A stretch of 63,829 nucleotides of DNA, the filler included, from Octopus bimaculoides (Eukaryota), in NCBI RefSeq assembly GCF_001194135.2. It is 7 parts of 6 records of this genome, joined end to end, with 100 filler letters (N's around TTAATTAATTAA, not from the genome) between each part and the next. Parts side by side here need not be neighbours in the genome. Positions count along the whole stretch, not along the records: positions 13,399 to 33,159 come from NC_069001.1; 6 more parts are not named here. The stretch is one strand, 5' to 3'. The translations under genes and the position numbers were made by a program. The notes below the pieces were generated by a model that had not been told where the DNA came from, searched no databases, and saw only the letters and a program-made list of their open reading frames with translations. Positions within the stretch are counted from its first letter, which is position 1. Every line of letters starts with the position of its first letter. Positions 13,681 through 25,776 of this stretch are shown piece after piece.

Positions 13681-14809
13681 TATATATTATAATTATATAC
13701 ATAATTATGTATATAATTATAAAATATTTGTAAAATTTACTTATGAGGTTTTTAATTCCACGTTGATCACCTGCTAAAGTCATTAATGATTTTTACCCTT
13801 TATTATATATATATATAATATATTCATTTTTTAAATTTCATTTTAAATGTATTCTTGGCCTTAAAGGTTAAAGGTATCTTAATTTCTGTATATTCAATGC
13901 CTGAATAAGAAAGAAAAAGATTGCAGATGAGGGGCAGTACTCCTTACCATCACCATACACATTCATACGTTACGGGGTCAATCACTTCAAATATGCCAGT
14001 GGCAGGCTCAGCAAGACAGTTGCCTCAGGTTCCTCAGTCTACGTAGCTGTAAAACTGGTAACACCAGTGCCGTCCTTAATGGTACAGGCACTTGGGTAGT
14101 TGTCCGAGGGTGGGGGGAACTCACGGGTCGAGGGGCCCTGTTCTGATCAATGTGCGCTGTGGTTCCTAATCAATATATACGATAGGGTCCAATACATTGA
14201 TTTACCTGGGATCTATAATGCTGTTAACACGGATGAAAAGTTAGCCCCCTCCCTTGCTCCCTCTATGTTAAGCTTTCTTCTTCATACTCGGGTCACCTAT
14301 ACCCAGGTGGACAGATAATGTATAGCCCCTCGCTCTGTCAAACGGGGTTAGTTAGTCATCATGTTTATGGGGGTAGATAAAGGTTTATTTCACGTTTTGG
14401 TATTCGATATTTGAATTTTGAAGTTTAGCTTTGTTTGACGCGCCGTTTGAAAGTTTTTATAACGAAAATATACAAATGTTTTATCAACACATGTAGTATG
14501 TGTGTATGGAGGAGGNNNNNNNNNNNNNNNNNNNNNNNNNNNNNNNNNNNNNNNNNNNNNNNNNNNNNNNNNNNNNNNNNNNNNNNNNNNNNNNNNNNNN
14601 NNNNNNNNNNNNNNNNNNNNNNNNNNNNNNNNNNNNNNNNNNNNNNNNNNNNNNNNNNNNNNNNNNNNNNNNNNNNNNNNNNNNNNNNNNNNNNNNNNNN
14701 NNNNNNNNNNNNNNNNNNNNNNNNNATATATATATATATATACCGGAGTAAGCACATAAAATGTGCAACAAGGTAGAAAAAAGAGTACTCAAATACCAGA
14801 GGTAGAGTA

Positions 14810-14965
14810 ATATGCTTTATTTAAAAGCAGCAGAAATATAACAAAAGAATGTTACTCGGAGTTTCACGTTCCCGTTCATCGGACAGTTTTGTTAGATGAA
14901 CGGGAACGTGAAACTCCGAGTAACAGTCTTTTGTTATATTTCTGCTGCTTTTAAATAAAGCATAT
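14810..14965. repeat. Near-perfect inverted repeat (71-bp arms, 14-nt loop) in a (TA)n-flanked PLE pLTR-like element
   Basis: 14810-14880 versus 14895-14965 reverse-complementary with one mismatch; (TA)n at 14726-14742 and after 14960. Confidence 0.95.
14847..14890 (-). ncRNA. Minimal type-I hammerhead-like motif, U4C variant core
   Basis: Reverse complement: AAAACTGT-CCGATGA-ACG GGAA CGT-GAAAC-TCCGA-GTA-ACATTC; 3-bp stem II with GGAA loop, short stem III. The + strand mirror (14895-14926) starts at GATGA and lacks positions 3-4 and the stem I 5' strand. Confidence 0.6.
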
Positions 14966-15930
14966 ATATATATCGAGATAGATAAATAGATAGATAGGAA
15001 GAGAGACAGGAAGACTGCAGTAGCTATAGAGAGAGAGCGAAAGAGATAGCTCTACGTAGAAGAGAGGGGGAGGGGTGGATATAGAGAGAATGAATGTTAA
15101 GCTGGTTTACAAAGTCTTGCAAAGTTTTAACATTCTGTTACCGAGCGAAACCTTTAACGTTTTGCACCTGTCTGTATCACCACACCCACCCTCCTTTCAC
15201 ATACCAACAGCTACCTCTACCCGTACCCCACCCCCACACAACTTGCCTTAGTATTCAAATAGTAGCAATAACAGTCGTAGTAGTAGTATTAATGGTGGCG
15301 GCGGCGGTGGTGGTGGTAACGCTGATGGTAACAGTGGTTATTGTGAAATGGGATGACAATAAGGGTGAATACTGTGGTCGGAGTGGGAGTAGGGAGTAAC
15401 TAAGTGATTAAGATGATAGTGATAGTAATGGTGGTGGTGGTGGCGGTGGTGGTGGCGTGGTTGATGCTTTTGTTAAAAACGCACCTGCTCTTGCCTGCAT
15501 TTTGATTGGCTACCGGTACGACCTCTCTCTCTCTCTCTCTATGTCTGTCTCATTCTCTTTCCCTATCACTTTTATGATCCCCCCCCCTTTTCTCTTTATT
15601 CCTTTCTTATCATATAATATATGATATGTAGAGGTATGTGTACACACACACACACACACACGTACTGTCTTTCACTTGTTTTGGCATTGGACTGTGGCCA
15701 CGCTGGAAAAACCACCTTAATGGCTTTTAATCGAACAAATTGACCACTGTACTTGCTCTTTTTTTTTTTTAAGCCTGATACTTATTCTATCCACCTCTAT
15801 GGCCGAGCCACTAAGTTACGGGAACGTAAACAAACCAACACCAGTCGTCAAGTGTTGGTGGGGAACAAACACAAAGACACAAACATACAAACGCACACAC
15901 ACACATATATACATAGGCACACACAGAGAG

Positions 15931-16245
15931 AGGCACAGGCGTGGCTGTGTAGTAAGAAGCTTGCTTCCCAACCACATGGTTCCGGGTTCAGTCCTACTGT
16001 GTGGCACCTTGGGCGAGTGTCTTCCACTATAGCCTCAGGCTGACCAAAGCTTAGTGAGTAGATTTGGTAGACGGAAACTGATAGAAGCCTGTGTGTGTGT
16101 GTGTGTGTGTGTGTGTTTGTCTGTGATTGTCCCCCACCCACCATTGCTTGACAACTGATGTTGGTGTGTTTATGTCCCCATAACTTAGCAGTTCAGCAAA
16201 TGAGACCGATAGAATAAGTACTAAGCTTACAAAGAATAAGTCCTG
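15931..16245 (+). mobile_element. SINE family A copy, back-to-back with an inverted partial copy at 15660-15905
   Basis: Same head and body as 34858-35240. Confidence 0.85.
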
Positions 16246-18538
16246 TTCTGCATTAGATGCTACGAGAGAAACTCTTATATTGGCTTTTGGTGCAAAATGT
16301 TATGCCTGTTTATATTGCTAAGGGGGTGGGGTAGATAAATCTCTGCCATCTCCAGGGCTGAGACTACCAGATCATGTGATTTTGACCTTTCTTGGTCTCA
16401 TCAGGGATGGATACTCAACTGCTAGAGATAGCAGCAATTCTACTCTCTGCCAGTGATATATAGAAAAACAATGCCAGAACAGGTGCTGGTGTCGCAATTA
16501 GCCAGTGAGCTTGTTAAAAACATATATAATAGTTTAGTTTTTTATGCTTCCTGTGCTAAATATACTGACATCAATTTAACTTGCTGGCTCTTTGTTCCTC
16601 TCTCTTTTTTTCTTTTTATCTCTCCATAGTTTTTAATGCTTGGTTTATTAAATAATATAATGCTAAATTAGCTGTCTACCTCCATCTGTCTGTCTCTCTT
16701 ACTTTCTCTCTTACACATAATTATTTCGAGTTTTTAATGTTGGCTATATTAAATAAACTAGCATTAACTTAACTGTCTACCTCCATCTGTCTGCTTGTTT
16801 CTGTCTCGATGTCTGCCTCTCGCTCTCTCTGTCTCCACAGAATTACTTCTAATTAGCTCTTTGATGTTCCATTCATTTAATATATCAACACTAACTTACC
16901 TGTCTGTCTTGTACCCACCTGACTCGTTTGCTTCTCCTCCTCTCATCACCTGTATTTTATCTGATTTTCAAATTCTTTTCCCCCTTGAATGTCAACCCTC
17001 CAGAAATTTTGCCTTTGTTTCAATTAATTTTGAAAATAATCACTAATTAAGTAAAAAATATCTTTGTTCTTGTTATAAATTATTAAATATTTTAAGATAT
17101 GAATTAATGTGAAATTTTGATGGTTGATTTTAATTTAAATCCCCTTAAAGCAATTCCCCACTCTGGACGGGTACGTATTTATTGTCCCCTAAAAAGACAG
17201 AAGGCAAAGTTGACCATAGCTGGATTTGAACTCGCAGTGTCAAGTGTCAGACCAAATATCACGCTGCTTGATGTATTCTCTGTGAATTTCTCACCTTAAA
17301 TAGGTGGCCACATGTGAAACTTGGGGGTCTCACTGTTCTGAGCCCCTTCCTTCATATTCTAATCTAGTGGTTCTCAACCAGAGTCCATATAACTCCTAGG
17401 GGTCTGTACAGGAATTTTTTGGTATTAGGAAGGGCATCCAAACTGTAGAAGCCATGTCAAAGCAGACGATTGAGCGCAATGCGTCCCTCTGACTCATCAG
17501 ACTTGCCAAACCGTCTAACCTGACAGATCCCGTCAATCCATGCAACTCATGCATGATGGTGATAATGATGATAGTGGTGGTGATGTGATGTGATGATGGA
17601 GAAGGTGGTGCGATGAGGGTGGTGGTGGTGGTGGTGGGTAAAGAGCCCAGGCAAGGTTGTTTATGGAAGACTAGCAGTCACCCATGCATACCAAACTCCC
17701 CTCTGCACGCCACCGATATCATCCAAGGGAAAGGCAAAGGTCGATACAACTTGGCACCCGTGATGTCCCAACTTATTTCTGCAGCTGAGTGAACTGGAAC
17801 AACGTGAAATAAAGTGTCTTGCTCAAGAACGCAACACGCAGTCCTGTCCGGGAATCAAACTCACTACCTCATGATTGTAAGCCTGACGTTCTAACCACTG
17901 AGCCGTGTGCTTTCACCTCCACCACCACCACCACTACTACTACTATTCTTTTCTACTCTAGGCACAAAGCCCGATTTTGGCGGAGGGGGCCAGTTTATTA
18001 GATCGACCCCAGTACGCAACTGATACTTAATTTATCAACCCCAAAAGAATGAAAGGCAAAGTCGACCTCGAAAGAATTTGAACTCAGAACGTAAAGACAG
18101 ACGAAATACTGCTAAGCATTTCGCCTGGCGTGCTAATGATTCTGCCAGCTCGCCGCCTTAAATATCGTAGCCTAGCCTAGCAGTGACCAGCGCCTTAATA
18201 TTGTAGCCTAGCTTAGCAGTGGTCTGCTCTTGGTCAGGTCTTGTGCATGTGAACCTTCTCCAGCACCTCCAGTACAACCTGGGAGGGCCCATACCCTCGC
18301 CTGCCGTCGTTAAGTAGCTTACTGGAACTTTGGCTACTCTGACTAGACTTTTCTGCCTCTCTCCCACCTGCTGGGCAGCACGAAATGAAGTGTTTTGCTC
18401 AAAAACGCAACATGTCACCCAGTCCGGGAATTGAACACACAACCTATCGATCATGAATTCAGTACCCTAACCATAAGCCTTCACCTATACTGTTGTACCG
18501 TTACTGATATGTTTTTTTCCTTTTTGTTTCTTCTAAAG

Positions 18539-18678
18539 GTGTAGCACAGACTACCGGGGTGAGTACTGTCAGCATTTGAACCCATGTCGGCCCAGTGCTG
18601 AGCATTGTATGAACAATGGGACATGCGAGATATTCCAGAATGTACGTGAGGTGAAACCACGATGTACCTGCCAACTCG
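18539..18678 (+). CDS. Notch: Notch internal exon A (end of EGF1, most of EGF2)
   Basis: Polypyrimidine tract + AG (18537-38), donor GTGAGT at 18679. Translates (1 nt carry-over) CSTDYRGEYCQHLNPCRPSAEHCMNNGTCEIFQNVREVKPRCTCQL-G, which aligns from memory with Drosophila Notch CDSHYVGDYCEHRNPC...CQNGGTC...CKCPLG and human NOTCH1 from Cys48. Phase 2 start, phase 1 end. Confidence 0.92.
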
Positions 18679-18814
18679 GTGAGTATAGACTCTTGTCATG
18701 CACCTAGTTTCTTCCATATTTTTATCTGTACACCCACACAATCACACGTTCACACCCACAAATGCAATTACACACAAGCACATACGCATTTACAATTACG
18801 TACAATGTCATTCA

Positions 18815-18870
<56 letters not shown>

Positions 18871-20185
18871 TTGAAACCGATATTAAATGATGAGGGGGAA
18901 TAATCTTATGAATCAAAGATTCTCTGGAATTAACCATTCCGTTAAGCAAAAAAATTTTTTTTTTTCCTGGAGAGAAGCGGACAGCTACGCAGGCGCGCGC
19001 TCATACACGTGCACATACACAAAAAAAGCAGTATAGACTTTTGGAATACAAATGAGAGAAAGAGTACGCTAATTGCTAATGTGGCCACAGCGCGATTACA
19101 GTTGTCTCTGAAAAGTAAAAAATATTAACGTTGTTAGTAACCAATGCAAGGGCGATAACTCCAAATTATAAAGTGAAAAAAAAAATTTCGTTTTCAAATA
19201 TTTGTTTCTGATACACTTCAAGAGGTGGTAAATTTTTCTTTATAATAATTTGTTCCTTTGTTTTCGAAACATATCCAGAAACAAAAAAGTGAACAGAAGA
19301 TTAAATAAACTTTAAAAAGCTATAAGTATTGGAGCCGATTTGTTCAGCTAAAAACTTTTGAAGATAATGTCCCATCTTGACCGAGGTCTAATGACCGAAT
19401 CAAGTGAAAGTTAAAAAAAGATGATAGATTTGAAATGTGACCGTTTACGTATGCTTCAAATAAAGATAACGAAAGATTATGTCGAGTCAAAATCGTATTT
19501 ATCATGTACAGAGAGAAGGAATGGCCTAATGTTTTCTAGGTTTAACTTCTATCCTATTTGCGTTACAGGTTTTCAAATTCACTGATAAAAATAATTTCAA
19601 GATTAATAAGTATGGGAAAAGATTTACTAATATATGTCGTGGATACAGTGCAAGAGAGATAACTCTGTTAAAGACAGATAACCCAGTGTAATTTTTTTTT
19701 TCTTTTGTCTTTGATCGATAAGTGTTATTTCTTATGTGGTTCTATCTAGAACTCAAAGGAAATGACTACTATTACTTTCAAACTTTCCCTTTGCGACCTG
19801 GACATTAATGTTTTGAAATTAATTGATTTTTTCCCATTACATTTCAGACAGATTCAGCACTGAGTTGCTGAACTAGAAATGTCCTTGTGGCAAGTGCTCT
19901 GCTCAATACCACAGATTTGTTTGAACTTAGCCACTTGAACACGTCCCTTAGATGACAATATGTGTATCTTTGATCATGAGTAGGAGAACATCATAGCCAT
20001 GCGTTGAGAGGGATTCTTAGGGGCTTGGATAAATGTAATAAAAGCAAAGTTTGAATGAAGTAGTGGCTATTTTTCATATTTTCTAGGGATAAGCAAATGG
20101 GAACTAACATTTGAATGTATGCTTGTGTGTATGTATGTATAAATTAGTGTATATACCTAACTGAGCTGTATCGATTCTTCCACAG

Positions 20186-20320
20186 GGTTCCATGGCAGCA
20201 TGTGTGAGCAGCGAAATAAAAGCAGTATTTGTTACAACAACCCCTGCAGAAATGGTGGAACTTGTATCAATGTCAACTCACTCAAAGAATATAAATGTAT
20301 TTGCCGACCAAGATTCTTAG
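20186..20320 (+). CDS. Notch: Notch internal exon B (end of EGF2, most of EGF3)
   Basis: ttcttccacAG acceptor, GTATGT donor at 20321; 135 nt, phase 1-1. Translates G-FHGSMCEQRNKSSICYNNPCRNGGTCINVNSLKEYKCICRPRFL-G (human NOTCH1 NPCRNGGTCDLLTLTEYKCRC); in frame with exons A and C. Confidence 0.95.
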   Translation, partial: GSMAACVSSEIKAVFVTTTPAEMVELVSMSTHSKNINVFADQDS

Positions 20321-21033
20321 GTATGTCATTCATTTTATGATATTTCACTCTGCTGTCCTTTTGAATTTGTTGTTGACTGAATCAGTAGAATATATATATN
20401 NNNNNNNNNNNNNNNNNNNNNNNTATATATATATATATATATATTGTATATAAAGAAACCAAAATGGAGGGATAGGAGTAGTTTTCAATTATCTCCTGTT
20501 TTATTTTCTGATTTTGATTTTAGAGTCGATAATATAAGGTCAGAATCAACTTCTGGGAGCAATGTAATCCAGTATGTCCTTCCCCCACTGAAATTACTGG
20601 TGTTGTGCCAAAATTTGAAATTATTATTGCTATTAAAAATTCTACCTGGGTTCAAATACCACTGAAGTTGATTTTGCCTTTCATCATTCCAGGGTTAATA
20701 AAATAAGTATCAGCCGAGCCCTGGGGTCAATGTAATTGACTCATACCCTCTCACAAAATTTCTAATCTTGAGCCAAAATTTGATAACATTATCATCATTA
20801 TTTTGGATGGTGGGTTAGGAGGATTATTGGAACATTGACCCCAAATACCTTGTGGTATTTGTTTTGGCTCATTACATTATGAATTCATTTCCTGTAACTA
20901 AATTCCAAGAGTATTTTATGCTTGCCTGATTCTGACAATATTCTTTGTTTAAAACTATTTATCCCAAGAATGTTCGTTTTCTCTTACCTTTTTCTTCTTT
21001 TTTTTTTTCTCTCCCATCATATTTTCATTCCAG

Positions 21034-21232
21034 GTAACGACTGTGAATATCAAGACTATTGCTCTTCACAGCCCTGCCACAATAATGCCACTTGTGTATC
21101 TAAGAAGAATACATTCCAATGTTCTTGTGCTTCCGGTTATATCGGTACAACCTGCTCCGAAGACATCAATGAATGCAATTCAAGGTTATGTTATAATGGT
21201 GGGACCTGCCACAACTCCCTCGGAAGCTACTT
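21034..21232 (+). CDS. Notch: Notch internal exon C (end of EGF3, EGF4, most of calcium-binding EGF5)
   Basis: Long T/C tract + ttccAG, donor GTAAGT at 21233; 199 nt, phase 1-2. Translates G-NDCEYQDYCSSQPCHNNATCVSKKNTFQCSCASGYIGTTCSEDINECNSRLCYNGGTCHNSLGSY-F; DINEC and CHNSLGSY are calcium-binding EGF consensus. Confidence 0.96.
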
Positions 21233-22339
21233 GTAAGTTTTAAATTCTGTGGTTGTTATATTTTGTTCGGCTTGGTTGCAGCATTTATTGCGATAGACTG
21301 ATTATTGGTTTCACAGAATCTTTAGAACCAATGGATCTTCATTGGTTCTAGAGAGATTTTAATTGTCTCTTTTAGTATCCAGACCAGTCATGGACAAACT
21401 GCAGCCCACAAGACTTTCTCAATGGCATGCTTAGTGAAACATTACCTTGAATTTTTTATTAGTGTGGCCTGCCAAATAATGAGCCATCTCTCATGTGGCC
21501 TACTTCTCAAAAGTGTTTGCCTATATCTGATCGAGACTCACTTAAATAACCCTTGTGGTACACCCGTCTCTACAACAGTGGTTACTCCTATTCTAAGGAT
21601 TCCCTAAATATCCTTTGATATCTATATTCATCTAGATATTCTTTGTGGTACATCAGTCTCTACAACAGTGGTTCCCCTCTTTCTTAGGGATTCCCTAGAT
21701 ATCCTGTTATATCTAAACACAACCTGAGATGCACCATTCTCTTTAATAACGGTTCTATTTTATATATTTCTGATATTGTGCGACTTTGGTGATTTTGCTC
21801 ATGCCTAACAGGAGTGTGTGTGTACGTGCGCTCGTGTTTGAGAAAATGTATGGCTGAAAAAGCAATAAGTTAGAATGATCATGGCTGGGATGTAGTCCTT
21901 GATATGCTAGAAAGAAATGGCACATTCACGGATAGATCTAGGCTGACTAGAAACTAATTAATTAATTCATCGAGAATCTTTTTGCTAAACCGAGTTAAAC
22001 ACCAAACCAACGTCAATATTCTCTCAAAACAGGCAAGGGAAATTTAGAGTTGTCTCCCCTGCATCTGAATATCAAACGACCTAACACATTTTGTGGGTGT
22101 TTAAAGTTTTTGATGCGAAATAATAAAAACACACACATATAAACGTGTGTGTGTGTGTGTATGTTTATATATATACAGTATAGACATTTGCTTGTGTGTA
22201 CATACACATATATACACACACATATATATACATATAATATATAGACACATAAACATATATGTATATGTATATATATATATATGTATATATATGTGTGTGT
22301 ATATATATACATGCACACACACACACATATATACATACA

Positions 22340-22417
<78 letters not shown>

Positions 22418-22544
22418 NNNNNNNNNNNNNNNNNNNNNNNNNNNNNNNNNNNNNNNNNNNNNNNNNNNNNNNNNNNNNNNNNNNNNNNNNNNNNNNNNNN
22501 NNNNNNNNNNNNNNNNNNNNNNNNNNNNNNNNNNNNNNNNNNNN

Positions 22545-22588
<44 letters not shown>

Positions 22589-23006
22589 ACCTTGACACGT
22601 TGGTTCACATACACTACATATCAGTTGGAAGGATCTTGCACGACAAACTGTATGAAGAGCCGACCCCTAACAAGGGATCACAAGGGCACAAAACTTGAAT
22701 ATCCCAATGTAGAAGTGCATTGCTCTCCTAGCAATTGCTCTTGCTCAAGGCTAGAACCAGTGTTAGGATATTAATAAAGAAGAATGAAATAGGGTTTTGA
22801 AAACAAGTTGAACTTTATTGTTGAAGTAAAGCACATTGGCTACCAAAAAGAGCTAGTACCAGAACACAGAGCAGAGAGGGCCATCAAATAAAGGGGCTGT
22901 TAGACCTTCACAGCCATGGTAGTTTCTGCTCTGTGAATGAGATGGAAACAAAAGTTTCCAGGAGCATTTCCACGGTCTTTGAAGACTAAAAACTGCGACA
23001 ATGAAA

Positions 23007-23365
23007 TACTCTATTTGATTACATTTAAGATGCACGTTTTTCCACTCCAAAAATGTCTAAAAAAAACATCACCTCAGGTCTAATATGCAAGCGTAGGTTA
23101 ATATTGAATGCTTTTTTATTTGGACTGTCTATGTTCAGTCCACTGCTGGATGAAGGCCTCAGCATGTTCTCTCCATCAACCAAGGTCTGATGTGGAGGCC
23201 ATGAATTTGAGCTTGAGATCATACCAGTTTGGTGAGCTTACTTTGCCACACTGGTGTGACATGGCTTTAATGCACCAAAAACATTATCTTTTCTTTCTTG
23301 AATATGCGTTGCTGAAATTAGGGTGCATCTAATGTGCCCGTGCATCTTTTAAACCATCAAATACA
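23007..23365. mobile_element. MITE with ~24-bp imperfect TIRs (pogo/Tc1-like)
   Basis: tatttgat....taagatgcac (23012-23035) versus gtgcatctt....atcaaata (23340-23363). Confidence 0.5.
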
Positions 23366-23599
23366 TGTGTGTGTGCGTGTGATGTGTGTTGTTGTTAGAA
23401 GTAAAAACATCCGATACATTCACCGATGATATGACGCAATACACAATGTTGAGTCTTGGTATTTATTAAACAGAGGGATGGCTGCTTCTTTACTTCTTCC
23501 AAGTTTCAGCGACGACTGGCTTGTCAAACAGTCAACCTGTCAGACTGTTTGGCAAGTTACCTCGGTGGTGGAGTGGGAAATGGTGACTAGTGGTAGGTT

Positions 23600-23990
23600 T
23601 CATGCTGGGGTGGTTTTGGTAGTGGTATGTGTAGTATCAGTAGTAGTAGTAGTAGTGGTTGTGGTGGTTATAGTCACTGTATTGGTGGTGGTTGTAGTAG
23701 TGCTTACTGTAGTAGTGGTTATACTTGTAATAAATGTACTGGTTGTAGTCATAGAAGTGGTAGGTGTTGTCATTGTGGTTATATCTATCGTAGTTGTAGT
23801 AGTGGTGAGAGTTGTAGTAGTGATAATAGTAGTTATTGTTGTAGTAGTGGTTATAGCTATTGCAGTGATCATAGTAATAGTGGTTTTATTGGTAGTTATA
23901 GCTGTACTAAGGATTGTTGCTGTAGTGGTTGTGTTAGCAGTTGTAGTAACAGTTGTAGCTTTGGTGATGGTTTTAGTGGTTGTGGTCAAT
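23600..23990. repeat. Compound trinucleotide low-complexity tract (GTA/GTG/GTT)
   Basis: Source of the poly-Val, poly-Thr and Ser/Cys pseudo-ORFs; similar tracts at 4140-4310, 25000-25145, 30330-30480, 35960-36365, 45430-45560, 47240-47310, 56215-56305. Confidence 0.9.
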
Positions 23991-24129
23991 AAGAGTCCTT
24001 CAAGAGACTTGTAATATTCTCCTATACACCCACATTTTAAATGTGTTGATTATGTTTTCTTCAAATTTGTTCAGAGTCCATACTTCACCACCATAAATGC
24101 CTATTGGCCAAATGAGCACTTGCACAAGT

Positions 24130-24300
24130 TAATGAAAGACCAAGACACCCATATTCGAGGAAGCAAAGGGCTGGAAAAGAGTATAATGAAAGGACAAACA
24201 GAGGGTAGTAGATCAAGAGACAGGCAATGAATGTAATGGATGGACAATGTCAAGAGCTGGTCAGACAAAAGGGGCAAGGCAGCTGGATAACTCACACTAC
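24130..24300 (+). mobile_element. RTE-type LINE 3' coding remnant
   Basis: GLEKSIMKGQTEGSRSRDRQ*M*WMDNVKSWS resembles the RTE C-terminal G..EG.R.RGR...RWMDNIK.W motif. Confidence 0.65.
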
Positions 24301-24640
24301 AAAACTACCTGAGACTGTCCCTAGTTCTCGGACACAAACTTACTGCTTTTAACGTTTTCGATACTAACCCACATGAATCTGCTCTTGGTCCTGATAGAAA
24401 TTTCCATATTAAAGTTATCTAAATTAAAACCTCCCACCAAAATTTCGCGTTAATTTAATTTCCAAGCATCAGCTTAAAATACTGACGAAATTATTTTGAT
24501 AAATCTATAATCAATTTCAAAATTAATTGAAACAGACAATGTCGTTCAATGGCAATATGGTTATGGAAAGGTTAAAGTGATCTAAATTAAAATCTTCCAT
24601 CAAAATGTTGTGCTAATTTGTGTTCCAAATACCTCGTTAA

Positions 24641-24854
24641 CCATTTAGCATTCAGCTTATTCTGTCAAATGCAATGCTTTCTCAATTACATTGTTTTTAA
24701 TTAATCATACATTATCTCATAGCTCTGAAATTTTGATGATGTGATTGTATATTCTTAGAATAGCGTTGAAGAATAGTTGTGATTGGTTTCATCTGCTGGT
24801 TAGAACATAAACAGCATATTTGGGCCGGATGTGACCAATCTAAATGCTAATGGG
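24641..24854. mobile_element. TTAA-flanked MITE (piggyBac-like ends)
   Basis: TTAA|ccatttagcatt ... aatgctaatggg|TTGA; 12-bp imperfect TIRs. Confidence 0.6.
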
Positions 24855-25452
24855 TTGATGATGACAAAATTATTATACTGAATTGTTCATTATTTTAAAA
24901 ATTAGTTGAAGCAAAGTCGGTGTATTGCAACAGAAATATGAGATGAAATGGTCGACCAGGAAGGCCTTTGTTGCAGAGCCATCAATGCGTTGCAGGCGTA
25001 CAATGTATGATGACAATAATTCATAGGAGTGGTCGTATTCACAGTTGTGGTAGTTGGTGGAGTCCCTGTAATGGTTATTGTCATAGTAGTATTGGTTACA
25101 GTAGTCGTAGTAGTGGTGCTGGTTGTAATCATCATAGTAGTGGTGAAATTTGACTACAGAAAGTGTTGGTGTGGGAAACTAGTATGACTTCAATTCACTT
25201 GATAAGAGAAAGACTATTACGGGGTACATAATCTAATCTAGTTAATCTCAATCTAATCTAATAATGTAAGGGTAGAAAGAGTCATGTGACAATGGAGACA
25301 GAGCGGAAAGTTCATTGATTCCACTGGAGCGTGACTTTGGTTAGTTTTATCTTCTTCTTCCCAGTGAATCACACTCTTATGAATTTATATGGTTGTGTAG
25401 TCTTCTTTAGTTTCACTTGGGTGAATCGTCTGTATGTGTGTGTTGTTGAGTG

Positions 25453-25492
<40 letters not shown>

Positions 25493-25717
25493 TGTGAATA
25501 TACACAGTAAATAAACCTTCCTTGGGTTTGACCTGTCTATCTATAAGTATCTACAGGAAAAATACACAAAAAAGTATATGCATGTACACACACACACATT
25601 TAATAAATACACACACAATAAAGAAACAAATCTCAGAGTAAATCTGTCTCAGATATTTTAGAATTGTAATAAACACTGAGTGTTGTATATGTTATATATT
25701 AAATGATACTGGGCGTA

Positions 25718-25776
<59 letters not shown>

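Noticed and set aside
25170-25177. CSL/Su(H) site TGTGGGAA (also CGTGGGAA at 63157 and TGTGAGAA near 41233)
   Set aside because: Isolated 8-mers at about chance frequency, no paired site, and one lies inside a LINE.
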